This document shows positions 51,048 to 64,000 of a stretch of 64,000 nucleotides of DNA, one piece after another (within the stretch, counting starts at the first letter, position 1; every line of letters starts with the position of its first letter). This DNA comes from Saccostrea cucullata (taxonomy: Eukaryota), in NCBI RefSeq assembly GCF_032062105.1, contig NW_026941090.1:434001-498000 (forward strand), in the 5' to 3' direction. Below the pieces are notes generated by a model. That model had not been told where the DNA came from. It worked only from the letters and a program-made list of their open reading frames with translations, and did no database searches. The position numbers and the translations under genes are program-made.

Positions 51048-52080
51048 ATGAGCTGGCTCATCCTCTTCTTTGCCGTTAAATTGATTAACTTTGCAGGTAA
51101 GTTTTAAAAATTACAACAATTCAATTTTTAATACGTGATTTTATATACTAATGTGAATTCATCAATATTCGTAATAGACCATTGTTCTTTGATCTCATGG
51201 ACTATCCTTAGGACAAAGGCTTTATCATCGTATCTCTGCTTTGTATTTACAAGTTACCATAAAATCACAAACTGGTAAAATTTTAAACAAATGCCAAAAA
51301 AAAAACCGACCCACGAAACTAGAATGGTTCTGCAGTATCTATAAAAACTGACCAGGAACTTTTAACTCCATGTAGTACTGACTTGACGTCATTTTAATTC
51401 GTTAGGGTCAATTAATGTTGTTAGCAATAAAAATTGAATTTAGTCCATGAGTGTTTGTTTCGTGGATAACACGTATTTTAAGAAAATTTCCTCTGCTCAT
51501 ATTTCGATTGTTATATGGACTTTTGATCTTGAATACTGTTCGTTATCTCCATATGTTTCATGAAATTATATATTCTCGGGATGTTAATCTGTGTGTAAGT
51601 AAAACAATTGAATTCACGAGCATTAGTCCCCAAGAAATCAATGATGATCTTACAGAAATCTATTTTAAAGTTTTATTTGAAAATGCATTTTTAATTACAA
51701 ATATTTAAGAGTACTAACTAGTTTTCTTAATCAACAATGAGCTGAGATTATCCTGTCTACAAAATTCAATATTGTCTCAGACTTCCAAAGTGCAATGAAG
51801 AAAATAAAGATAGTCTCATACAGAAGCAACTGTTTTTTCCTATTAAGGCTTACTTTGCGACAACTTAATTTACGCTTCTCTCTTTTTCATTTTCAAATTC
51901 TTTTAAGTAATCTATGATTCAAGTCTATTTTAACGTACTAATATACCAAATATCGAGAAAATAAATACGGATTGATATCCAAATATCTATTTATAATTAA
52001 TGTTTTTGTAAACTATCTGTATATAATGTATCTTCTATAAACATAAATACATATACGCTGAAAATTATTGTTGTAGTCTT

Positions 52081-52130
<50 letters not shown>

Positions 52131-55100
52131 CTTTGACTTTGAAAAACCATATCTATGAATTCAATTCACGTATAAAAATAACATGATTTTCAGTACGAAA
52201 TTCTGAATAGAATATTTTTTAAAATCATACGTATCATATACATTAAGAAGTTATTAAAAAAAAATTAGAATTGTTTATTGTTTACGACAGTTTGCTCTCC
52301 ACCTTCCCCACCAATGAACGTCAATGTTGTGAACAGAGAAAACTCGTTTATTGTCACTTGGGATGTACCTTCACAAACCTACGGAAAGATCACCGATTAC
52401 GTGCTACTAGCGACCATTTTACCGGAAGCGAATCACACCATATACAGATCAAATATACCTATGACAATCATAGGTGAGTGTGGGGCGATACTTAAAATGT
52501 TTGAATTATGAAACTTTGGTTGAAAACATTCGTACTTTTCCTTTCCGTTACAGATGCATCTTTACATGCTGGAAGAATGTTCCTTATAACAGTGGCAGCT
52601 GAGAACAAAGATGGCCTGAGCAAACCTTCCAGACCTTTCTATATACGAAAACGTCAGTATTTTCTACTTAAATTGCAATGAATTTAAACGGCAAATATAC
52701 AACAAAACAAGTTACATCACTTTCCCTTTGTTTTAAGTTAAATAACTTGAAGAGGCAATACATTTTTTCATTATTTTTGTAGCCTGTGGAAGGAAAATCA
52801 CAATGGAACCAGGATCAAAGAAGATGATTTCTTCTCCAGGTTTCCCAAGTCAAGTAGCAAGGGGAGTGCACTGTCAATGGGATATTATAACAGCAGAAAC
52901 GCATTCACTGCATTTTCATTTCCTCCATGTTGATATAGGAGAAAACAATTCAACAGATCATTCCCTTTGCACAGATGCTTTCATATCAATAGGTGACAAT
53001 TTACATAAGATTTGCAGAAATAGTTCAGACTTATTCGGCAGTTCAATGGAAACAGTTTTATTTTCTAGTGGAGTAAAGAGTCTAAACATCACAGGATTTC
53101 AAATGTTGATTACAACAAAAGGTAGGAATATACTAGTAAGCTTATAAATTACATGCACTAGTACTCATTACTTGTAATAATGTCTAACGAAATTGATTAG
53201 TATGATTTCATACTTTAAAGATGGTGTCATTACGATATTTAGTAAATCGATTTCATGATTCAGAATTCACCAAATATGCCAAAGTAATAAACTATTTTGA
53301 TACCTTTTAGTTAAAGCACCTGGACCTCCAGTAAATATTACGATGACATCAACCACAAACGGCGTGTTTATCAAATGGTTACCTCCAGGTGGACATTATT
53401 TACCCTTGACATCATACACTCTAAAATATCGCCTTACAAATTACCAGAGAGAAATCGTGCTCTCTTCCAGAACTACATGGTTTAGCATTGATACTCGAAA
53501 CTTCAAAGGACAGCTTCTCATGATTTCTATATACGCCAACATAAGTGAAATAAAAGGAGAAGAAAGCAAAGAATTATATTTTAGGGCACGTAAGTAATTA
53601 ATAATTCACATACAAATTTTAAAGTTATGACTTTTTTATTATGATCATAAAAGATAATCGACTTTAAAAATATTTTTAGTTTTCCTTATAATTAGAATAA
53701 AGAAATTTGTATTTTAAGCGTGTCACAGGAGGATTAAATTATCAGAATCAGAAGTAGAAATAGTGTCCCCTGGATACCCTGGGCCCTACCCTCCTGGTGT
53801 CAGTTGTGTATGGGAAATAGTTAACCCGAAAGCAGATAATATGACGATTACAATAGTGGATATGGACATAGAGAGCAGCTTATCGTGTAGTAGTGACTAT
53901 TTGGCTGTTTCTCTTGGGGAATCCTATAGAAAATGTGGAGTTACTGATAGACCGACGAAAGTGACTACTCGGAATAAGAATTTGAGTATTGGATTTGTGT
54001 CTGATTTCAAAAGGCAGGGACGTGGATTTCGAATCAAAGTTGAAAGAACTGGTAAGTAATAAATTTTAAAGGATCGGTTAATTTTTTTTAATACCTTTGT
54101 TCTAAAAATATTGCTGTAACGAATGAATTCTTTTCTTCTTAACCAGAAGCAGACATACATAAAACAACGTCAAAGAAGTATGATTTTACTTCAACACAAG
54201 AAAAGAGCTATTCTACGAGACCTTTGGTGACAAACACTAAATTCATTGAAGGAAGCACAGAATCTCAAGCTAGTACAATTCAATCAATACATGAACTAAC
54301 AGAAAATGTAGTGAAGTCAACTCAGAATTTGACTTTAAGTCCCTTTTCAGAAAAGACAGAATTAAGTAAAATAACAGACAATCTTGATCTTACACATTCA
54401 ACGCAAAATGCGAGGTCCGACACGACTCCTTTCACATTTGAAACAATAATGGAATTTAGTTCAACAAAAGCATCGACTTCGTCACTTCAAGCATCGATGA
54501 ACACGTCATTTAAAGACAAGTTGAGACCATCAACATCGTCATTGTCATCATCAACATCATCGACATCACCACCACCACCAAAAACATCATCAACATTAGG
54601 GTCTCTTTTTAAGTCAACCACGACTTTAAGAAAACATTTGACATCAACGGTTTCACCGTTCACAAATAACAATGCTAAGTCAGAAGTTTTATCTACAGAA
54701 ACGTCAAAATCATCCTCATTTCTTCGCTTTGAACAAACGCACAAACTGACAACAGAAGCAAGTATATCCTTATCACATCATCACCTTGAGATTAATGAAA
54801 GTAGTATAGGTAATTCTTATTTAGTTGAATTTAAATTAAATATGAAACATCAATACATATATAATTAATTGTTCTTCTTTTCATCATTATGTAAAAGAAA
54901 AAGAAATGTTTCTGTTATCAATAATATTAGAACACAAAATAGAATGCCCACTATAACTCACTATCAAACAATAAAAAACATTTTATTAGGTTTTTTTTAC
55001 ATACCACGAGTTGAGAATTAAGCATATGATGATATTATACAATCCATTTTTCAGAAAATGTCTTGCATAATATTTCTGTAAACCTGGAGTTCAGGAGCAG

Positions 55101-57281
55101 AAAAAGAAGTCTCCGTGATTCCTCCCCCAGTGATATGCTTTCGTCCTTACATGATAAGGTAAGAGACAATATAGGTATGTGTGTATGGTTATTACTATTG
55201 TATCATTTACATATGTCATTAAAAAATCACCAAAATATGAAACAGAAATGTGTTAAGTGCACCATACAGTTAATATATATATAGGCAGTACAACACGTTT
55301 GAAGAAGCAATTTTTCTTTTGGAAAATGAGCATATTTTTAAATAAGAATTAATCTGCCGGCATCTTTACCTCTATTTCCTCTCTCTTTATCATATAAACA
55401 TTCCTATTTCAGCTGTTTGCCATTTTCAACAACCCCTCTGGTATTCTTGTTGATCTTGAACTTGATCTGATCAAGAACGTGACAAGAACGTAAGTATCAT
55501 TAACTCAGCTATATTTGAAACATTTGCTGGGAATTCGATAAATATGCGGCATTCAATATACAAAGGACATAGTTATGGAAATATAATGATGTTTAAAATT
55601 ATAAGATTGTTTCTTATTTCGTTTCAGAGAATATAATTCTATGATTGTGTTACTTACCTTAATGTTCAGTGTGCCTAAGCTTTTGACAAAAATGAAATCT
55701 GATGTGGAATTCCATCTCAGAGGATGTATCAACGAAACTGTCTCTAAAAATCTATCAAAAAACTGTATAACTTTTGATAACTGGAAATTAGACTGCAAGA
55801 AGCTATCAAAATTTTGTGCAGAGAAAACGTTTTGTAAGTTTTTTAAATTTCTTTAAAATAAATAAATGATTTTTCACATGCTTCAAAATCCTATTAAGTC
55901 TAATTATAATAAAATCAAGAGATAAGATGGAAGAAAGTTGCTGCTACTTTGTAGATAACCAAGAGATAACGTCCCCTTGTGCTTTGGTCCACGGATATTG
56001 CGGTAACAATTCAGTCTGCACCATAAACAGGTCTGCAGAACTTGGGATTGTTTGTCTAAAAACAAACTTGACAGTTCAAACCTCTACAAATTCAAAAGCA
56101 TAGTAAGTGGACAAAAACAGCACAATTCGAAGATATTAGAATTGAGAAATTGGGTAGATTGTAAATGTCAACACAAATGATTAAAGTTTTAAAGAGAAAA
56201 TCTTTCGATTAAATATATTAATAGATGCATATCTTATTCAAGAAGCAAAAGGAGTAGTAAGGCTGAATATGCACACTACATGGCTACTTGTCCGAAATAT
56301 CTGACGTTTTCCAGTTTTCTTTTTCACGATTCTGATATTCCTGGCACGTAAAATATCAAAATAGTGAAGAAAACCTGGAAAACGTCAGATATTTCGGACT
56401 ACATGACTGCCAAATATGTGCAAAAATCTATTTTAGTGGGAACCAAAAAATGACTTTTGTGATAATCGGAGGTTCTTTAGCGGCAGCAGTGATCTTACTC
56501 TTACTAGTATTTGTAATATTCTACCGCAGATGTTCGAAAAGGAATGTGCCAGTCACAGTAAGTATGATTTAATGCGTTGATTGACCCTTGGTGTGAAAAT
56601 TATATAAATTATAGAAAGGAATACCGAATTCACTGCAGCTTTATGTAGATTAAATTTCAAGTAAAGAGACTTGAAGGACCAATAAACATTTAAGATGTTA
56701 CTTTTTATTACCTTGGTATCAGTAGTTATTGTATTTGGGCATTAAAGCGCTTTTTGAAATTATTTAGCATCATCAACCTTTCAACGACATTTTGCTCAAC
56801 AGCCGGTACATTGGTGATAAGAACGTAGAATTCACGGCCTTTACTTCCAAGGATCTGCAAAAATACAGTAAAAAGAGAAAAACGATACTGAGCTTTTCGT
56901 TTCCAACAAAGTCTATCAAATCATATGACAAGGTACTGCAGTATACAAAGATAACCTTAGATAGTACAAAGACGTGGAATATAGATAATTGTTTTTGTAC
57001 ATTAAAAAAATGCAATAAATGGTGTTGAGCTGGTAAAATAATAAACTTTCAACACTTTAAAATATAGCTAAGTACTTGTATGCTAATACATGTTCTATGT
57101 CCTGATATTCATTAAACATATAAATAGATATGCATATATTGATATTTAGCGAACATTCATTTTGCAGAATGGAGACATAGTTGAACACAAACTGAAACAA
57201 CTCGCTTTTATTGAAGACCAAAAAGCATTGAAGAAGCGACTTCAGCTGAAATACCGTTCGCGGAGTACAAACAGTGTTTAA
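51048..57281 (+). CDS. Type I membrane protein: signal peptide, FN3-CUB-FN3-CUB, Ser/Thr mucin stalk, SEA-like, EGF-like, TM, cytoplasmic tail; about 959 aa
   Basis: Exons 51048-51096, 52291-52473, 52554-52652, 52783-53121, 53311-53589, 53719-54051, 54147-54809, 55055-55158, 55413-55489, 55628-55833, 55955-56102, 56437-56557, 56768-56932, 57168-57281; phases consistent (2880 nt). FN3: PSPPMNV..VTWDVP..ITDY..VAAENKDGLSKPS. CUB: ISSPGFP..CQW and SPGYPGPYPPGVSCVW..CSSDYL..FVSD..GRGF. TM FVIIGGSLAAAVILLLLVFVIFY-RR. Confidence 0.85.
51490..51560 (+). mobile_element. Short Penelope-like terminal fragment
   Basis: tatggacttttgatcttgaatactgttcgttatctccatatgtttcat is nearly identical to 39891-39938. 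Confidence 0.55.
52086..52128 (+). repeat. (GA)21 microsatellite
   Basis: Perfect GA run in the first intron of the FN3/CUB gene. Confidence 0.97.
56290..56399. repeat. ~110-bp hairpin element in an intron
   Basis: Perfect 25-bp arms gtccgaaatatctgacgttttccag and ctggaaaacgtcagatatttcggac, with imperfect pairing further inside. Confidence 0.8.
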
Positions 57282-58378
57282 CACCTTTTCCTGAAAAATA
57301 TTTTTATAATTTTAAGATGTTATTTTTTTTTTAAATACAACAAAATACCAATTATATATTTTACATGTTTTATTTTTTCAAAGTAAAACAATACAAAGTA
57401 ACAAACATGATTTTCATGTGCTATTATTAATTTTTCATGTTCATGTTATGTATAAGCTTTGTTTGATTAATGCTTTTCTACATATATGAAATAAATTCTA
57501 TTTTTCTTTTAAAAGTCTCTATATGTTTATGTATCATTTAAAGAATACCCTTTTATGGAGACCATTAAAGGTGTCTTAAAAGGCATTTTAAAATTTCTTT
57601 TGTAGGCTTTCTGAAAATAATTAATCAGATAGTTTCAGTACTTGAAAACCACTTACGAAAATCACATGAGAAGAAGGGAAGCTTACTTCCCTTTATAAAA
57701 GAATTCAAAAAATAATTTATTGCTACGATAACTGTGGGTGCCATTAAAACAAACACTTCCCCGGCATACCTGTGTCGACGAGGTAAATAAGAAAAACTAC
57801 GGATAGGACATGACGCTTGAAATATGTGCATCATGATGTCTTAGGAGTGGGTATTATCATTCTCTTAGCAGATAGGAAATAATTCAAAATCAATACTAGA
57901 ACATTTCAAATATGTAAGACATGTAAACATTATGAAATGCTTTGATTACAAGTCGTAGATCCCTAAAGGTGAAAGAGATTTCCGGATACAGTATTTTTTT
58001 GATCCTGAAAAGTACAGTCCATAAGTATATTTTAAATTGTTGTAACGTATAATAAAATCAAAATATTAGAAAATGTGAAAGTAGAACAAAGGATCGTGGT
58101 ATCAACTGTTTGAACAAGAAAATAAAAGGAAGCTGGATGGGGTGTTCCCCAATTATTTCTTTGTTAGATATAACACCCATTAGCACACCAGGGTAGTAAT
58201 AAACCGATAACAGCGGAAGTGGGTGTGGGCTTTGGTGACCTCTCTCTCTCTCTTGTGTATTTTGGGGATTTAGCCTGTTTTACGTCATTTAAAATTTAGG
58301 TGTGATATAAGACGCATCTAAAGGGGATGCCAGGGACATTTTAGCCAGAAGAAACATTACACTAGAAATAAAATAAAG

Positions 58379-61300
58379 ATGTCTAGATTTTTCGTGATCT
58401 GTGTTCTACTTTATTCTGGATATTCATACGCTGCAGTTCTAAGTAATCAAAGAGGTATGATGCATTTTTCAAAGAAAGATTTTTGATGACAGGTCTTTTT
58501 AAATAGACAAAAAATATTTCTAATGGTTATATTCTTTAATTTAAGATATTTGTTATTCTTTTTTAGATGGAAATACTTTAGACAGAAAGGTAAATTGAAA
58601 TCTATAATACATGTAATGTTACTAGTAAATTGATAAAATAATAATAATAATAAAAGAAACTCATAATTTTATGAAAAACATGTGTTGTTGTTCTGCAAGC
58701 ACTCGCAATTTATCAATTTTATTTAATGAGAAACAGTTATATGAGAGAATAATAGTAATATTGCTTAGAGGGATGTTTTTCCAGTTTTGATTCTCAGTCA
58801 AGAAATATTATTTGTCTTAATGATATATATTAGGCCCAGGACTCCCATCTCTGTTTCTTATTTCGAAAAAATATAATGTTTAGGTGGATAACATAGATTC
58901 ATAGGTACAATGTATAGTATTGCAATTCAAGTTTCTATATCTTTCAGTTTCTATAAATGAAAACACGTCAAACATTTATGATTTTATGTAACGTTTATTT
59001 TTCTTGAAAATTCAAATAAAATTGCTAAAGTTTCGTTCGTTTTACAGTTATCAGCGCTTCGTGATCTTGTAAGTATAAACCAAATTTCTTTCTTTTGAGA
59101 ATCAACTTTCATTTATAGTACACGCATTGTATATGTTTAATATTTTATTCTTTATTGACAAAGATTTTATAAATTGTTATTTAATTTAGTTAAATGAAAT
59201 CAAGAATGATAATATTGAAAAGGATGCTACAGTCACTGTAAAGAGCGGTTCAATTGCAAAGGAAAGCGATATGACATCACCTAAAATGTCCAACATAGCA
59301 AGCACTCAGAAATCTTCGCAGTTATCACCGGAAGAAATTGCCGTTTTAAAGGTTAGCTGACTCATAAATTTTGAATTTCTGAAAAAGGGGTGTGATTTCA
59401 AACAAGCAATTCGTTTTTTCTGGTAAAAGTCCTTTAAAATAAGAAGAAATTACGCAATTTTTGATAGATTTTATTGCTACCAGGTTTTACAGAGATCAAC
59501 AAGTTTAAAGTTCTGAATATTGTGATTTTCAATTTTCAAAAAATTCATTGCAATCAGATTAAACAGAGATTTAAAATTTAAGAAGCGGTTTAATATTGTT
59601 ATAATTTTTGAAATACTATTTTATCAATTTAATGATAATGATAGTAAACATTATGATTTATTGCATATTCAATTGTTATACAAAATTTTATTTCCTGAAT
59701 GATTCAGCCAATGAAATTGCTTGATACAAGTGAAATTAAATTATTTTCATATCACCTAAAAAGCTGCGAATTGGAAATGTGAAATGTTCACCTGTAACGG
59801 CATGTAAATATACATATACTCAAAAATGTATTGCTGGATAAATAATATGAAAATAAAAAAAAATTGAATTTTTATACACAGAAACTAAAAGCAACATTAA
59901 AGGATGAGATAAGGGAAAGTGATGAAGGCCTAAAATCATTCAAAGAATATATTAAGAATGAGAAAGGTATAATTTCTTTAATGCACAAAAATTCAAACAA
60001 ACCATAAGTATGACTCGCGAAAACACATTAATCGATTTATATGATTTTTAAAATGGTTTTAAAAAAGTATAATCGGTAGTCTTTTATGTCCAAATTAATC
60101 CAATAAAATAATACAAATACATAGAAAATTAAAAATTAAACAACAGGTATTCATATTCTCTTTAAATTAATTTCAGTGCCAGAGCAGGTAGGCACCTTTT
60201 TAGATGGACCTTTACCTGTGGAATCTGTTTCAGACACAGATCGATTGAAACAGTTAGCCTCTCTTATGTCTGAGAGATCTAAAAAGGAACAAAGTAAGTA
60301 GAGTACTTAATAATAATGAATCTGAATACTATACTTTAAGAATTAAAGGATTATCTACCTGTTTAACTTTGATCCAAACACAGAGCTTTAGGAATTTATC
60401 CAGGCATTTTTTTTTCAGCTGAGAAAGATGGTTTTGGTAGACTTCAAGAGAGTAGTAAGTTGTAATGTTGTTACAGAAATTTTAGATGCCAGACAGGAGC
60501 AGTTATAGCTAAATGATAATGACACAGATTTATAAAAGCTTTAGATTCTTTCAATAATAAGATTGTTTATTTTCAATTGAATTTTTTAAAATGCCCTGTC
60601 TCTTTAGTTCTTCCTTTTCTTTGCGAATAGAAATGTGTTTGTTAGAATGAGTCAGAAAAGACACTTGATAAAATGTAATAGTTGTATTTTAACTTTCAGA
60701 AAACACAATTTCAACTCGCAAAAAGTCCTTTAGAGAAAATCGTAAGTAATGGAACCCATAATATATATATTTACAAAACATTTTAAGAATAAAATTATTT
60801 TGTCTTACAATAACATAACATATCATAACATTAACTTACATAATTAGAAAGTTATTATTTTAATATCATTTTCTTACTCACCTGAGTTGGAGGCAGACGT
60901 AATCTTTTCTTATCAAAATTTGTCGTCATTGTTATTATCATTGATGTAGTAAACATTTCACAATTCCCTCTTCTTCATAAACTTTCAAGAGAAATTTCAA
61001 TCAAGCTTAAAATAAAGTACTCTTGGGTCGAAGGAATTTCAATTTTGAATGTGGGACCATGTCCATTTTTAAAAAAAAAAAGATATCCAAGGAAACGTAA
61101 AAAAAACCCAGGAAATCATTTTAAACACTCTTCCCAAGAATAACTGGAAAGAAAATTTAATCATCATCTGGTAGATTCTTAATATTAATTCAGGTATGCC
61201 ATTATCATGGCTCATATGGTAATCTGGGTAGAGATACGGCGGAGATTTAAACCTGGTACCTTACAATCACTTAGCAAGTCCTCTAACAACAGGCTTTCAA

Positions 61301-62778
61301 GACCATTTGGAGCGTGATGAAATATGTATTCAGAAACCTTAGGAAGGCTTCAAATCAATAAAGCAGTGCGGGCTTTAATAATGACAATGCGTAGGGTAAA
61401 AAAAAAAATGATGACAAAACTTTCACTGCTTCATGTAATACTAGCATTATTTGCCATTTCATATGATTAAACAAACAATTTTCTTGGAAAAGCAAAATCA
61501 AATTTCCATTAAAAATATTTTCTCTCAAAATCAAATATGCACCTCTCTTCTAAGATTGTACTTGCCAATGAAGAATGTGAGAACACAGTATGATAGCTAG
61601 TATTTCTTATAATTAAACAAAAACTGGAAAAGCAAATTCAGTTGCAAATTGCATCTTGTTTGCCCCCTCAAAAGTCAAATTTTAAAAAGAAACGAATTCA
61701 ATAAATTAGAAATATAAATTAACAGAAAATATATGTTATCAAGCAGTGTATTCACAATTTTTGTGTGAAACATTGGTTTTTAAAAATAAATTAAAGATAA
61801 TCGCAAGTAATGATCAAACACATTTATATATCTACACATTATATCAAAATAGATTGAACACACCTTCAGAAATTTAAACAAAAAGATTTTTCTGTAAAGT
61901 CTTTAAAAAACGAGGCTGGGTCATTACTTATGTGCTTTGGCAGCCATTTTAATTAAATATTATTCAAAGTTTGATTATAAAAGGCAAATATTCTCCATAT
62001 GAAGATATAGAAAATGATCAAATTTTAAAATAAAATGTATGAATTTTTTCTTACTTGTGAAATGATAGTAGACAGCTTAATTTACCGTATTTCTTTAAAA
62101 AAAAATTAAGTTAAATCTGGTGGTTAATTTGAAACATTGATATAATTTGTCATGATCAAACCCATTTATATATTAAGATTAACCTTCAGAAATTTAAAAA
62201 AGTTTTCGTCTTTAATACAATTTAAATATTTTTTTAATTTTGGTTTTTTTAGTATTTTAAAGTGATTGAAAGTCATGAATTTAAACATACTTTTTATATT
62301 CCCCTTTGTTTCTTTTCAGTTCTCGACGTGCTGGTGGATAAATTACTAGAGGACACAGATTTATTGCTAAAGAAAGGATTTTCTCTCACAGATGTATTAA
62401 ACAATTTATCCGGAAAAGGTTTGTAAACATGCAAGATGGAATTATGATTATTTATGAGCCGTTGCTTTAACTGGTCAAAAACTTAATTTAACTAGTATTA
62501 TAGTAAATATTATAAAATTAATATAATTTAACAGAAAAAGGTAATAAACAAAAGACATTTATCACTGTATATGAACTTTTTTTCATTATAAGATTTTTGA
62601 TTGCCAATAGAAAATAGCAAAGAAAGACTCGCATCTATAAGGAATTAAAAAGATTTTTATAAACTTATGAAACGTATATTTACATGCTCTTTTAATGTTT
62701 CTTTTAGCAAAAATGGAAAGGGAGAGAACAGCACTTGAACAGACATTAGAAAAACTTTTAAACAAGGAACACATATAG
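58379..62778 (+). CDS. Uncharacterised secreted, charged helical protein, about 243 aa, encoded by 10 short exons
   Basis: Exons 58379-58454, 58567-58589, 59048-59068, 59190-59351, 59882-59966, 60177-60293, 60419-60454, 60700-60741, 62320-62418, 62708-62778; GT-AG and phase-consistent (732 nt). Signal peptide MSRFFVICVLLYSGYSYA; ends ERERTALEQTLEKLLNKEHI. Absent from the ORF track. Confidence 0.75.
60870..61200 (+). mobile_element. Very degenerate HINE 5' fragment
   Basis: actcacctgagttg...ttttcttatcaaaatttgtcgtc...gtaaacatttcaca resembles HINE starts. Confidence 0.35.
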
Positions 62779-64000
62779 AAAAAATAAATAATATATTCAA
62801 CATTCGTGTGTTTTTATTACTGAAAGTGTTGATAATATTTTCCTATGCTGCTGCACAACTGAAACACAACAGACTTTCTCAAGCTACAAGAAAATGCAGT
62901 GACCTGTCTTTTAATAGAGTATTTAATAGAGTATGCTAAAATGAGATAAAAAAAGTACATAGCATATGTATATAATACGACAATATTTCAATGGAATACT
63001 ATAGTATTTGTTATCCCGATAAACAAATGTCAAAGTGAGAAAAGCAAAAGTTTCAAATTGTTTTTCAACGATAAAACTGGAAGAAAATTTGCTTGTATTT
63101 GAAGACCATTGTATGTTTTATTTTTATATTTCAAAAATGAAAGAATATGCAATTTAGACAATAAAGAGAAAAAAAGTATAACAAATAATTGAAGATGTTC
63201 ATTTTGATATTTGTATTTTTGCAAATTAATCTTTACAGATGAAGAAATATTCTTACTGTATCCAGGACATGTTCAACTTGGAACACAACCACTGCCTCTA
63301 ACATTGTTTCACCTTCATCCTATAAAATAATATTTGTCACTCTTCAGTTTATTTATAGTTTCAATGAAAGAAGAAGTTTTAGGTTGGAACAAATATTTTG
63401 GATGATCATTTTCCCCATGCTTAAAATGATTATATGTTTAAGCTTGAAATGCAATACTAGTACAAATGTACGATATATAATGCACAGATTGCTATTTCAT
63501 CGTTCTGTTACCACAGACAAAGTCGAGGGTCTATCCTACCATCAAGGTTTCAGAATATCATTCTTTTTGAAAATGTTAAAACAATTGTCCAAAGTACATG
63601 CAGTTAGATATTTGTAGTAAATGATGTTTTCTTGCACTTTTGAATTTTTTTTTTGTTTTTGTATAATACCCCTCAAAAGAATTTCTGAAAAAATAAGAAT
63701 AACGATAAACATGGTCTTTATAAATTATTATTAAAGTCTGTAAAGATCATATCATTTAATGTTGTACTTCTCTACTGAGTTTGATTAAATGCTCACTGTA
63801 GTAACAATATCTAATCAAAGCATTACAATATTTTGAAGCTTTTGGCGTGCTTAAATAATTTCACGAATCAAAACACTAAATAACCTCTTGATGCAAGAAA
63901 AGAAAATGATTTTTCGCTCAATCATACTAAGCAATATATCAAACAACCGACGTTGAATTCGGATAAATGTAGAATGCGTTTTTACAAAGTATTGCTATAA

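Noticed and set aside
57264-57281. C-terminal PDZ-binding motif in the FN3/CUB protein (STNSV)
   Set aside because: The -2 residue is Asn, so it does not fit the canonical class I or II motifs.

Overview
AT-rich eukaryotic DNA with GT-AG introns. The repeat families suggest an oyster (Ostreidae); this is inference. I reconstructed nine spliced genes by hand: PYCR (+, about 309 aa); a CMC1-like twin-CX9C gene (-, about 184 aa); two tandem GRDP/DUF1399-like genes with Gly/Cys tails (+, about 878 and 710 aa; the second lacks its first coding-exon GT donor); three tandem signal-peptide-less single-pass membrane genes sharing a PPPY...LPSY motif (+); an FN3-CUB-FN3-CUB-mucin-SEA-like-EGF-like type I membrane gene (+, about 959 aa); and a micro-exon-rich secreted orphan (+, about 243 aa). 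Intergenic and intronic space holds an RTE LINE relic, Helentron-type HINEs with internal satellite arrays, Penelope-like relics, hAT/Tc1-type elements, palindromic Crypton-like elements and a tRNA-LTR TRIM. The most interesting candidates are the Commissureless-like PY-adaptor triplet beside the FN3/CUB receptor, the GRDP pair with a retained terminal CxxxCxxC motif, and the tRNA-derived TRIM. All exon structures are manual and unverified by transcripts.
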